From: an uncultured Gammaproteobacteria bacterium
Lineage (GTDB): Bacteria > Patescibacteriota > Patescibacteriia > 2-01-FULL-39-33
NCBI GenBank assembly: GCA_964512625.1
Contig: CAZEKG010000002.1
Span: 201,102 to 265,101, forward strand
Direction: 5' to 3'
Length of the DNA stretch: 64,000 nucleotides
Made by a program: the position numbers and the translations under genes. This document shows positions 18,825 through 27,404 of the stretch, in pieces (within the stretch, counting starts at the first letter, position 1; each line of letters starts with the position of its first letter). Under the pieces are notes generated by a model, which saw only the letters and a list, made by a program, of their open reading frames with translations, did no database searches and was not told the DNA's origin.

Positions 18825-19337
18825 TTATCTTATTAGTCCGATTCTGCTTCTTGAGAGGCTGGAGCCGGCCGGTTTACTAAAAGTCGATCCTCGGCTGAGC
18901 TTATTGAGGGATGATCTGTTATTGCCTTGGGCATATTTATTTAGAGAAGTCCTGTCCTTAGGCACTGAACTAAGAGGACCAGCATTTTCTTCCAACATCC
19001 TTTCATGCATGACCCGAGAAATATTTTTTCTTTTTACGGCTTCATGGCGTAGATATTTTTCAACTAAGAATTTCGGATCTTTATTAAAGCCGTAGATTTT
19101 ATTCTTACTGAGATGGGCGGAGACGATTTTAGCTTTTTCAGGGGTTAATTCCCGGCCGCCGGAAATGATTTTTGCGGCTTCGCTTTCGTTCATGCCCGCG
19201 TTTTTAAGGGCTTTAATAGCGTCGTTTTTAAAGCCGCCGCCGATGTCCTTGGCGCCGGTTGAATGCTTATATAATTCAGGAACAGTAATTTTTTTTGGCC
19301 TGAATTGGGATAAGGGACTTTTATAAGTAAGGCCCAT
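18825..19337 (-). CDS. Hypothetical protein (170 aa), basic/Ser-rich C-terminus
   Basis: ORF only; 8-nt gap to gatB. Confidence 0.4.
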   Translation of the reverse strand: MGLTYKSPLSQFRPKKITVPELYKHSTGAKDIGGGFKNDAIKALKNAGMNESEAAKIISGGRELTPEKAKIVSAHLSKNKIYGFNKDPKFLVEKYLRHEAVKRKNISRVMHERMLEENAGPLSSVPKDRTSLNKYAQGNNRSSLNKLSRGSTFSKPAGSSLSRSRIGLIR

Positions 19338-19345
19338 ACGTTTAA

Positions 19346-20878
19346 TTATTTTTCCGTTAGTTTTTTCTTAAGTATTTCATTGACGATTCCAGGATTGGCT
19401 TTGCCTTTGGCGGCAGCCATGACTTTCCCGATTAAGAATTGAAAAGAATTATTATTTCCAGCCTTGAAATCCTCGATAGCTTTTTCGTTTGCGCTTAAGA
19501 CGGAATCGATCATGGCTTCGATTTCTTCGGTATTGTCGTTTTGGCCGAGATTTTTTTCTTCCATGATGTCTGAAGGATCTTTGCCGGTTAGATACATTTC
19601 CTCTAATATCTGTTGAGAGGCGGTATTATTAATCTTATTTTGATAGATAAGAGTTAAGAATTCAGCGAAGTTTTCGGCGGTAATCTTACATTCTTTAATA
19701 CTAATCTTATCCTCGTTTAAATGTTTGAATAAACGGTTGATCAACCAATTGCTTATTAACTTAGATAATTTTTTGCCTTCTCGGGCGAGGATTTCTTCGG
19801 CTGAGCCCTCGACTTCAGGTAGGGAAGAGAGCCAATCGATCATTTCGGAAAAGACTTGCTCGGCGTAGTTGGCAATCTTTTTATCGCTGACTAATATTTT
19901 AGCATCTTCGGTTGTGAAAGAGTATTCGCGGACGAATCTTTCTAATTTCGCTTGAGGCAGTTCAGGGATGCTGGCTTTTAATTTTTTAACCAGTTCTTCG
20001 GAGATTTCTAGCGGCGGTAAATCCGGTTCGGGGAAATAGCGGTAGTCAGCGGCGGTTTCCTTAACTCTTTGAGTAAAAGTTGATTGCTTATTCTCATCCC
20101 AGCCGCGGGTTTCTTGGACTAGTTTTTCGCCGTTTTCTATCGCTTCGATTTGTCTTTTTATTTCATATTCGACCGCGCGCTCAACAGCTCGGAAAGAATT
20201 GATATTTTTTAATTCGACTTTAGGATTTAGCTGGTAATCCAAGACGGGCTTGACTTCGCCGTTTTCAATTATGAATTTTCCCGCTTCTTGCATGGAGATA
20301 TTGGCTTCGCAACGCATTTGGCCTTTTTCCATGTCGGCCTCGGAAATATTAAGATATCTAAGGATTTGTTGGTAAAGCTGGCAGAATTCTTTTGCTTCCC
20401 GAGCGGATTCGATCGTCGGGCCGGTTACTAGTTCGATTAAAGGCGTTCCAGCACGGGTTAGATCGACAGCTGTGCCGTCCGAGTTGTGGATAAGTTTGCC
20501 AGTATCTTCTTCAAGGTGAATGCGTATAATATCGATTTCCCGATCGCCGACTTTAAGATGGCCATTAAAGGTTAGTGGTTGGTCGTATTGGGAAATTTGG
20601 TAACCCTTCGGTAGGTCGGGATAGAAATAGTTCTTACGGTCGAATTTTGAGATTTTGGCGATTTCGCAGTTTAGAGCGAGGCCGATAAGAATAGTCCATT
20701 CGATAGCTTGGCGATTGGCGGTCGGGATAGCGCCGGGATGGGCGAGACAAATGGGGCAAATATTCTCATTCGGCTTTTCTTTTAGTTCATAACCATTCTC
20801 GCAGGTACAAAACATCTTAGTTTTAGTTTTTAGTTCCGCATGGATTTCCATGCCGATGACTGGGATATATTTTGGCAT
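19346..20878 (-). CDS. gatB: Asp-tRNA(Asn)/Glu-tRNA(Gln) amidotransferase subunit B
   Basis: N-terminal MPKYIPVIGMEIHAELKTKTKMFCTC, GatB catalytic core and a C-terminal GatB/YqeY domain; no gatA or gatC adjacent. Confidence 0.9.
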   Translation of the reverse strand: MPKYIPVIGMEIHAELKTKTKMFCTCENGYELKEKPNENICPICLAHPGAIPTANRQAIEWTILIGLALNCEIAKISKFDRKNYFYPDLPKGYQISQYDQPLTFNGHLKVGDREIDIIRIHLEEDTGKLIHNSDGTAVDLTRAGTPLIELVTGPTIESAREAKEFCQLYQQILRYLNISEADMEKGQMRCEANISMQEAGKFIIENGEVKPVLDYQLNPKVELKNINSFRAVERAVEYEIKRQIEAIENGEKLVQETRGWDENKQSTFTQRVKETAADYRYFPEPDLPPLEISEELVKKLKASIPELPQAKLERFVREYSFTTEDAKILVSDKKIANYAEQVFSEMIDWLSSLPEVEGSAEEILAREGKKLSKLISNWLINRLFKHLNEDKISIKECKITAENFAEFLTLIYQNKINNTASQQILEEMYLTGKDPSDIMEEKNLGQNDNTEEIEAMIDSVLSANEKAIEDFKAGNNNSFQFLIGKVMAAAKGKANPGIVNEILKKKLTEK

Positions 20879-20947
20879 AATCGGATTCTGATTTTTTATT
20901 TTCTTTTAGTAAGTCTAACGAATTTTATCTTTAAAATCAAATATCCA

Positions 20948-20985
20948 CCATAAATTAAAAACTCCGCCCTTTTCGGGTGCGGAGT
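20948..20985 (-). terminator. Rho-independent terminator downstream of the thyX-like gene (minus strand)
   Basis: actccgc...gcggagt stem followed on the minus strand by ttttaattt. Confidence 0.5.
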
Positions 20986-21009
20986 ATGGTTAAAACGGAG
21001 AATTGCGCC

Positions 21010-22416
21010 TTAAACGCGGCGTCTCGGGAAGTATTCCTTTGGGTTTTGGCGAAGACTCATGTCTCGGCCACAGAAGCGTCCTCCTTCGGCGCAAACGCCG
21101 GTTTTGAGGCAGGGCGGTTCCAGGATGCTTAGAACGGAAGTTGAAATGCCGCCTTTCCAGGTTAGTTGATCGCGCAGTATCCGTGCCAGGTTATAGATCT
21201 CTTCCTGGGCGCAGAAGCAGGTCCTCTTGCCGAGTTCGTGGATAACCGCGTTGATCGAACCGATCTTGTCGTAGGTTACGACCGCGCCGTAAGGGGTGAT
21301 CGTCATAGCCATGGGGCCGGGCAAGAGATCGTAAAGCAATCGCCATTCATTGGTCAAGCTTATGAGCGAAGTTTGGAAAGCCTCGTCTTCGTGGTAAAGA
21401 TGATCGACGATCGGCGGGAGATAGAAGGAGCCAGTAAACCTAGGAACGCTTCTTCGGACAGTCCGATGTCGTTGGTCCTGACCCATAGTCGCGACAGAAA
21501 TTCTGATTCCCTCGATTCTGAGTTCGCAGACATTGCTGTCCATGAGTTCCGGAGTGAAATGTAGCTTATCGACCGGATGCAGGATCGAAGAATCGATTCT
21601 AGTCATGATTTCTTTCGAACCGATAAGTAGTTCTACATCAGAAATCGAGGGATTAAGGCTTAAGCAGGTTGAATTTCCAAGTTCGCAAGCCCAATCAGTC
21701 GTTCGGCGCCGTTTCGGGTCGAACATGAAGCCGAGGCTCGGGAAATGTTTGAGTACCTCGTCTTTCATCTTGTTAGTCACATCGCGGAGAACGGGCGTGT
21801 AAGCCGCTTCCCAGATAGCGACAAGGGTAGAAAGGTTGACGGTATGATCGAGGGCAGTCGGGAAAATTATTGGGATCAGCATACGAAGCTGTTCCTGGGC
21901 AATTTTCGGCGCCGCTTTATCGATCGCGTCTTCGCTCCAGCGAGGCCGCTCTTCTTTCAAGAGCTTCTTGGCGATCTCGGTCGCTCGGCCGATGTTGTTC
22001 GCGTAGAGCCCGAGGCTCTTTTTGACATATTCCATCACTCGAAGAAGAACCTCGTCACTAACTTCCGGGTAATACAGCCGGAGATAAGCTTCGATTTCTT
22101 CGAAGTTCGGTTCGGTAAACATTTTCGACGCGTAGCGGCCGCTACGTTGGTCGCTGCTGTAAAACGGATGTGTCAAGTGTAACCCGAAGGTCACATCGCC
22201 GACAGCGAGGCCGTCAATGGCGAAAGTGAAATGAGTGTGTTGCAGGGTCGTGTGATGGCCAACCCCGAATAGATTGTCCCTCACAAAAGGAATCAGCTTT
22301 TCGTCATCGGCTTCTTTCATTTCCGGAACTGCCGATTGGTAACAAAGCCGCGCCGCGTGATCGGCCGACACTAAAGGATCGATGTTTGAATAGCCTATCA
22401 GCTTGACGGTAATCAT
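21010..22416 (-). CDS. Tandem-domain ThyX-like protein (fused flavin-dependent thymidylate synthase homolog); N-terminal repeat degenerate, C-terminal repeat retains RHR; Cys-rich tail
   Basis: The N-half aligns to ThyX (CYQS...HHTTLQHTHFTFAIDGLAVGDVTFGLHLTHP) but carries LTHP where RHR is expected. The C-half contains ...RISVATMGQDQRHRTVRRS. The C-terminus has C-x-C...C-x5-C-x5-C. 468 aa, roughly twice ThyX length. Visibly GC-richer than its surroundings. Confidence 0.6.
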   Translation of the reverse strand: MITVKLIGYSNIDPLVSADHAARLCYQSAVPEMKEADDEKLIPFVRDNLFGVGHHTTLQHTHFTFAIDGLAVGDVTFGLHLTHPFYSSDQRSGRYASKMFTEPNFEEIEAYLRLYYPEVSDEVLLRVMEYVKKSLGLYANNIGRATEIAKKLLKEERPRWSEDAIDKAAPKIAQEQLRMLIPIIFPTALDHTVNLSTLVAIWEAAYTPVLRDVTNKMKDEVLKHFPSLGFMFDPKRRRTTDWACELGNSTCLSLNPSISDVELLIGSKEIMTRIDSSILHPVDKLHFTPELMDSNVCELRIEGIRISVATMGQDQRHRTVRRSVPRFTGSFYLPPIVDHLYHEDEAFQTSLISLTNEWRLLYDLLPGPMAMTITPYGAVVTYDKIGSINAVIHELGKRTCFCAQEEIYNLARILRDQLTWKGGISTSVLSILEPPCLKTGVCAEGGRFCGRDMSLRQNPKEYFPRRRV

Positions 22417-23090
22417 GAGGGTTCTTTCTCCTTTGCTTCTGAGATGATCTTTTCGACCTCTCTCCTTATGGCTTTCTGGATCTCTTCAATGCTAAGAATA
22501 CTGCCGTTAGGGCAGCATTCAATCACTACCCAATTGAGGATATCAGCGACTTGAAGCGCTGTTCTCTCGACGCGTTTGGCGTACTTGATATCCGCTTCAT
22601 GGCCGTCCTTGACCCGTCCCTGAGCTTCCATCAGTCGTTGCGCCGCTTCCGGCGTAACATGAAGATAGAGAACCTGATCGGGCGCCGGGATATTGAAGTG
22701 CTGAAACTCAAGCGCTTCCTGATCAAAGACGAAACTTTCCAGATTTTCAGCCGGCAGCTTGGCGCCTTGATGAATCAGGTTAGCGCTGTGGTAGCGGTCG
22801 AGGATGACGGTCTTGCCTTCGAGAAGGAATTGCCTAATCCTTTCCGCCGTCTCCATTCGGTTCATGGTATAGGGCATGGCCGCCAGTTCCGGATCGATTT
22901 TCGTCGGATCGCCGAATTGGCCGTCAAGGTAGGCTCGGATGATCCTGCCCGAAAATGTGTCGTATTGTGGAAAATCAATAGTTTCGACCCGATGGCCGAT
23001 TTCGCGAAGGTAGTCGACTAGAAGCTTGGTCTGGGTTTGTTTACCCGAACCGTCGCCGCCGTCTATCACAATCAGCATTCCTTTATCCAT
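22413..23090 (-). CDS. tmk: Thymidylate kinase paralog encoded on the GC-rich island
   Basis: P-loop IVIDGGDGSGKQTQ and Tmk fold; the stop overlaps the thyX-like start (ATGA), suggesting translational coupling. Confidence 0.7.
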   Translation of the reverse strand: MDKGMLIVIDGGDGSGKQTQTKLLVDYLREIGHRVETIDFPQYDTFSGRIIRAYLDGQFGDPTKIDPELAAMPYTMNRMETAERIRQFLLEGKTVILDRYHSANLIHQGAKLPAENLESFVFDQEALEFQHFNIPAPDQVLYLHVTPEAAQRLMEAQGRVKDGHEADIKYAKRVERTALQVADILNWVVIECCPNGSILSIEEIQKAIRREVEKIISEAKEKEPS

Positions 23091-23207
23091 AATATAGTAT
23101 CCTCCGTTCGTTCGTTTGAGAAAAGGGCTCGAGTTAACTTTTAACTCGGGCTTAATTTAACAGGAAGAGACCCTTTTGTCAAATGATTTTATTTTTAATA
23201 AAACAGC

Positions 23208-23822
23208 TTAAAGCCCTATTTTTTTAAGGGATTTTTTTATTTCTTCGAATATTTCTTCTTCTTTTTTATCGCCGTCAAAAAGATAAATATTGGGATATTT
23301 TTTATGGACTGATTCATATGCTTTCCAAACCTTTTGCAGTTTTTCTTCGCTGGCGAAGAGAGTTAGGGCTTTATTGTCTTCCTTGATGTTTTTTAAACAA
23401 GTCTTGGCGGAGGCTTTTATGAGAACGGTTAAATCAGGAAGAATGAAAGGGTCGTTGATTTGACAAAGCCAATCGGTGTTGCTGATATCAATGGAGCCGT
23501 AGGCGATCGAGGAGAGAAAATAACGATCGCTAATGATATTGATGCCGTTTTTAAGTCGAGGAATGATTTCTTTTTCAAGGTGATTGGCGCGGTCGGCGGC
23601 GAAGAGTAACTGCAGGCCTTCGGCGCTGTCGATTTTCCAATCGCCGGAAAGATGGCTTTTAATGACGACGCCGATTAGGCTATTGGTTGGTTCTCGCGTC
23701 AGCCAGACATTTTTCTTATCATTTTTAAGGTATTGGGCGATTAGCTCGGCTTGGTTAGTTGAGCCGGAGCCGTCGAGACCCTCGACAGCGATGAATTTTC
23801 CAGGGTATTTATTTTTAAACAT
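23208..23822 (-). CDS. tmk: Thymidylate kinase (canonical, native composition)
   Basis: IAVEGLDGSGSTNQ, TREPT, LID region and DRY-like motif. Confidence 0.8.
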   Translation of the reverse strand: MFKNKYPGKFIAVEGLDGSGSTNQAELIAQYLKNDKKNVWLTREPTNSLIGVVIKSHLSGDWKIDSAEGLQLLFAADRANHLEKEIIPRLKNGINIISDRYFLSSIAYGSIDISNTDWLCQINDPFILPDLTVLIKASAKTCLKNIKEDNKALTLFASEEKLQKVWKAYESVHKKYPNIYLFDGDKKEEEIFEEIKKSLKKIGL

Positions 23823-23906
23823 AAGAAGATAGGTTAATTTTCAATTTTCAAACAATTTTCAATTAGAAAATTTTAGAATTTTTAAATTAAATCATTAATT
23901 CTATAT

Positions 23907-24070
23907 CACTGTCATCCCGAGGAAGCGCAGCGACCGTGGGGATCCCGTGTATAAAATAGCATGCTTGGCATTAGTTAGAACGTAAATATAATAACATTTA
24001 TTCGTAGTGTGGCTGATATTTCCACGGGATCCTCACGGTCGATTGATTACAATCTCCCTCAGGATGACAT
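23907..24070. mobile_element. MITE-like element: roughly 45-bp imperfect terminal inverted repeats (tgtcatcccgag...cgaccgtggggatcccgtg) flanking a roughly 73-bp AT-rich core
   Basis: Left arm 23907-23949 and right arm 24023-24070 are reverse-complementary with a few mismatches; a solo arm lies at 15098-15136; no transposase ORF. Confidence 0.5.
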
Positions 24071-24100
24071 TAAAGAGAGATGTATTTTATATAAATTTTA

Positions 24101-24140
24101 AGTTACTAATTACTTATTACGTGTTACCTATTACTTTTTA
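24101..24140 (-). repeat. GTAAYA-hexamer tract immediately 3' of the dNMP-kinase gene
   Basis: Reverse complement reads gtaataggtaacacgtaataagtaattagtaact; the same tract type precedes R1 copies at 1852-1890 and 28600-28638. Confidence 0.55.
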
Positions 24141-24149
24141 CTCCTCCCA

Positions 24150-24713
24150 CTATCTTTCTATTTTCCTAATTAATTCGTCAATTTGATTATAAAAATCCTC
24201 TTTAGTCCCGTTATTGTCTAGTTGATACGGCGCTTTCTTAATCATTTCCTTGATCATAACTTCGGTAGGTAATTCAGCATCTTTAAGGAATTGTTCCCAA
24301 GTCTTAGTCCTATCGTCTGAATTTTGATTCCGATTGACGAGTCGCTCATATCTTAGATTAATATCCGTATTTATACCCACAAGAACGAAGCCTGACATTT
24401 TTGATAGATGAATAATATCGCCTTCAAGTCGGACATTAGGCAAGCAGACGATTTTTTTCGGACTGGCTTCGGCTTCTTTGGCGATGGTTAGAGATAATAT
24501 ATCTTCTCCGAAAAGTTCTCTTAATTTCTTACCTAAATTAGCCATGTTTATCCGGCTTTGGGGGAGATAGATCCGATCAAGGATATCTCTAAGCGGCTCT
24601 GAAAAACTGACGGTTTGGGAATCATATTTAGCCTTAAGGTAATCAGCCATAGTATCTTTTCCGGAAGCGATTTCGCCGACTAGGCCGAGGATGATTTTTG
24701 AGTTTTGCGCCAT
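24150..24713 (-). CDS. P-loop dNMP kinase-like protein (resembles phage T4 gp1 deoxynucleoside monophosphate kinase)
   Basis: N-terminal IILGLVGEIASGKDTMADYL resembles T4 dNMP kinase LIFLSGVKRSGKDTTADFI; 187 aa. Confidence 0.45.
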   Translation of the reverse strand: MAQNSKIILGLVGEIASGKDTMADYLKAKYDSQTVSFSEPLRDILDRIYLPQSRINMANLGKKLRELFGEDILSLTIAKEAEASPKKIVCLPNVRLEGDIIHLSKMSGFVLVGINTDINLRYERLVNRNQNSDDRTKTWEQFLKDAELPTEVMIKEMIKKAPYQLDNNGTKEDFYNQIDELIRKIER

Positions 24714-24715
24714 AA

Positions 24716-25207
24716 TTATTGTTTAGCTTCTAATTTCAAGTCTAATTGCGGTTGATACTGCCGATATTTTACTCCGGAAAGATCAAGTAATTTTCGGGAA
24801 GCTTCCCAGGCCGGTAGATCATGATATTTATCTGATTCGTAAATAACTTCTTTAATGCCCGATTGGATAATGGTTTTAGCGCATTCATTGCAAGGGAAGA
24901 GGGTGCAGTATAGGTAACAGCCCTTGGTTTCTGCGTTAGCGTTATAAATAGCGTTCTCTTCAGCATGGACGACATAGGCGTATTTAGTATCTAAAAAACC
25001 GCCCTCTCGTTCCCAGGGAAGAGAGTCGGTCTCTATTCCTCTTGGCCAGCCGTTATAGCCGAGGGCGATAATGACTTTATTTTCATTAACGATACAGGCG
25101 CCTGATTGAGTATTGGGGTCGGGCGAGCGCTGAGCGATTAAGCGGGCCATTTGCATCAGGCATTCGTCCCAGGAAATTCTATTTTGCCGAGAGGTGGATT
25201 TTTCCAT
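24716..25207 (-). CDS. dCMP deaminase (ComEB / zinc-dependent cytidine/deoxycytidylate deaminase)
   Basis: HAEENAI and PCNECAKTI zinc-binding motifs. Confidence 0.8.
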   Translation of the reverse strand: MEKSTSRQNRISWDECLMQMARLIAQRSPDPNTQSGACIVNENKVIIALGYNGWPRGIETDSLPWEREGGFLDTKYAYVVHAEENAIYNANAETKGCYLYCTLFPCNECAKTIIQSGIKEVIYESDKYHDLPAWEASRKLLDLSGVKYRQYQPQLDLKLEAKQ

Positions 25208-25279
25208 TTTTTTATATTGTCATTCTTTTTAATCCATATCATTTTAACACAAAAAGACTTGAGGGCAAATGTGGAAAAG

Positions 25280-25312
25280 AGAATAAAATAAAAACCGACG
25301 AGTTATCGTCGG
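25280..25312 (-). terminator. Rho-independent terminator for 25321..25857 (minus strand)
   Basis: ccgacg-ataact-cgtcgg followed by ttttatttt on the minus strand. Confidence 0.55.
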
Positions 25313-25320
25313 TTGGGCGT

Positions 25321-25857
25321 TTAGGCCGTAACAGCCTCTCGGACAGAAGAGATCGCGGACTCCGCTGATTCTTCCTTGAGAAGGGTAAGAATCTGATCAG
25401 TGATCCATTTACCGGAATGCTCTCGGCAGGGGAAGCTGTCCGTTTTGATTGGCAAGCTTTCCATGTGAGCCTTAAGCTCGGAGCTCATGAATTCCCTATG
25501 TAGGAAGATCGCTCGTTCGGTCGAGCCCGGCTTCTCGTAAAGCCAGTGCATGACCATACGAATGCCGCCGAAGTTTTCGATATAGCTGGCCTTTCGCGCA
25601 TGCTGGCCACCGGCATTTTCGACAGCTCGGAACTGTTCGAGTCGAGACTTATTAGCTGGCAGGTCAACAGCGCTGATGATCAGGTCGAATCGCTGCTTAA
25701 GAAGTGCGTCAAGGCCTCCCTCCATTTCGTCTTTGACGCAACTCTTGATGATGATTCGCGTAGCTGATTCATTCGCCAGGGCGACAGCCAAGTCGCAGGC
25801 CAGCTTGTTCTCAGGTACAACAATCAGAATTTTCTTCCCCGAAAGCGCATTTGCCAT
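25321..25857 (-). CDS. CheY-like receiver-domain-like protein, possibly a pseudo-receiver (GC-rich gene)
   Basis: KKILIVVPENKL...FDLIISAVDLPANK resembles a REC fold but lacks the acidic DD pair; visibly higher GC; has its own terminator. Confidence 0.35.
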   Translation of the reverse strand: MANALSGKKILIVVPENKLACDLAVALANESATRIIIKSCVKDEMEGGLDALLKQRFDLIISAVDLPANKSRLEQFRAVENAGGQHARKASYIENFGGIRMVMHWLYEKPGSTERAIFLHREFMSSELKAHMESLPIKTDSFPCREHSGKWITDQILTLLKEESAESAISSVREAVTA

Positions 25858-25989
25858 CGTCGGTACCCCCGCGGTTGATACTCCAAACTAACTCCAAAAA
25901 GAACGACACAATTGTAACTATGAATATTAAGGCAGTTTTTGAATTAAGTCAATAAGGGTTTAGGGGAATTATCGTAAAAAAGGAGAAAA

Positions 25990-26026
25990 ACACAAAAGAG
26001 GCTGTGGATAACTCCCAGCCTCTTTT
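25990..26026 (-). terminator. Rho-independent terminator after rplA (minus strand)
   Basis: aagaggctg...cagcctctt stem followed on the minus strand by ttttgtgttttt. Confidence 0.55.
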
Positions 26027-26043
26027 GATATTTAATGATGTAA

Positions 26044-26739
26044 TTACAAAGCGATGCGAACACCAGGCCCCATAGAGCTGGCCAAGCTGATATTCTTGAT
26101 ATAAGTGCCTTTAGCGGTTGAAGGCTTAGCCTTAACAACGCTGTCAACTAAAGTCTTATAATTATCAACTAACTTTGAGTTTTCAAAAGAAACTTTGCCG
26201 ATCATGACATGGATATTGCCTGAATCGTCGTTTTTGTAAGCGATTTTACCTTTCTTAAGGTTGGAAACAGCTTCTCCGGCATTAGCGGAAACCGTACCAT
26301 CCTTCGGGTTAGGCATTAAGCCTTTCGGACCAAGAACTTTAGCAATCGGGGCTAAGAGTTTCATAGTATCTGGCGTAGCGACGAGGACATCGAATTCGAT
26401 CTTGCCGGCTTTAATATCGGCAATCAATTCCTGTTCGCCGACGATATCGGCTCCGGCGGCTTTAGCGGCCTTTTGCTGGTCAGGATTGGAAGCGATAACA
26501 GCAACCTTGACCGACTTGCCATTGCCATGAGGCAGGATGACATTACTTCTTACGAATTGGTCGCTCTTTTTCGGGTTGATGCCAAGTTTGATGTGAATTT
26601 CGACTCCGGCATCGAATTTTACAGTCGAAGTCTTCTTTACTAGGTCGAGCGCCTCCTCAAGGCTGTAGGTCTTATTCTTGTCGACAAGGCCGTCGGCTTC
26701 AAGGAATCTTTTTGATTGTTTGTGTGTTACTTTTTTCAT
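26044..26739 (-). CDS. rplA: 50S ribosomal protein L1
   Basis: Full-length L1 homology. Confidence 0.9.
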   Translation of the reverse strand: MKKVTHKQSKRFLEADGLVDKNKTYSLEEALDLVKKTSTVKFDAGVEIHIKLGINPKKSDQFVRSNVILPHGNGKSVKVAVIASNPDQQKAAKAAGADIVGEQELIADIKAGKIEFDVLVATPDTMKLLAPIAKVLGPKGLMPNPKDGTVSANAGEAVSNLKKGKIAYKNDDSGNIHVMIGKVSFENSKLVDNYKTLVDSVVKAKPSTAKGTYIKNISLASSMGPGVRIAL

Positions 26740-26810
26740 ATTTATATTATTAAGTGGTCATTAGCGAATCGTTTGAGCGACTCTGCCACATTTATTTATA
26801 ATTTTCAATT

Positions 26811-27242
26811 TTATTCTATTACCTCTACTCCCATCTGTCTCGCTGTACCTTCGATTGTTCTCATAGCTGATTCCAAATCTCTAGTATTTAAGTCAGGCAT
26901 TTTTATTTTAGCGATTTCTTCGACTTGTTTTTTAGTAATCTTGCCGACTTTCTCTTTAAGAGGTTTGCCGGAGCCTTTGGCGATACCCGTAGCTTTAATG
27001 ATCAGTCTTGAAGCTGGAGGCGTCTTAAGGATGAAATCGTAAGTCCTGTCTTCATAAACAGTAATTTCAGCTGGGATGATATCGCCTTGCTTATCTCTTG
27101 TTGCTGCATTGAATTTTTGGCAGAACTCAGCGATATTAAGGCCGTGTTGACCAAGAGCTGGACCAACCGGAGGAGCTGGGTTAGCGGCGCCGCCCGGAAT
27201 TTGAAGCTTAATGATTGTTTTTATTTTTTTTACTTTAGCCAT
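26811..27242 (-). CDS. rplK: 50S ribosomal protein L11
   Basis: [37 protein letters not shown]. Confidence 0.95.
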   Translation of the reverse strand: MAKVKKIKTIIKLQIPGGAANPAPPVGPALGQHGLNIAEFCQKFNAATRDKQGDIIPAEITVYEDRTYDFILKTPPASRLIIKATGIAKGSGKPLKEKVGKITKKQVEEIAKIKMPDLNTRDLESAMRTIEGTARQMGVEVIE

Positions 27243-27404
27243 ATGATTTATTAATTTCTAATTTATAATTTTCAATTTTTAAACAATGAATTAATGATTT
27301 AATTTTAAAATTAATTAATTCTGGAATTGTTTTTAAATTGAAAATTGAAAATTTTGAAATTCTTTAACATTGAGAAGCTTATTAAAGAGGTTCAAATATT
27401 ATCT

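Noticed and set aside
21166-23021. Plus-strand ORFs (21166..21564, 21533..21802, 21745..22182, 22551..23021) across the thyX-like/tmk island
   Set aside because: The GC-rich DNA yields long antisense ORFs; the minus-strand frames carry the recognisable ThyX and Tmk motifs
24150-25207. Prophage remnant suggested by the T4-like dNMP kinase and dCMP deaminase
   Set aside because: No integrase, structural, or terminase genes and no attachment-site repeats within the window; kept only as a weak possibility
26716-27042. ORFs 26716..27042(+) and 25944..26147(-) overlapping rplK/rplA
   Set aside because: Overlap highly conserved ribosomal protein genes in other frames
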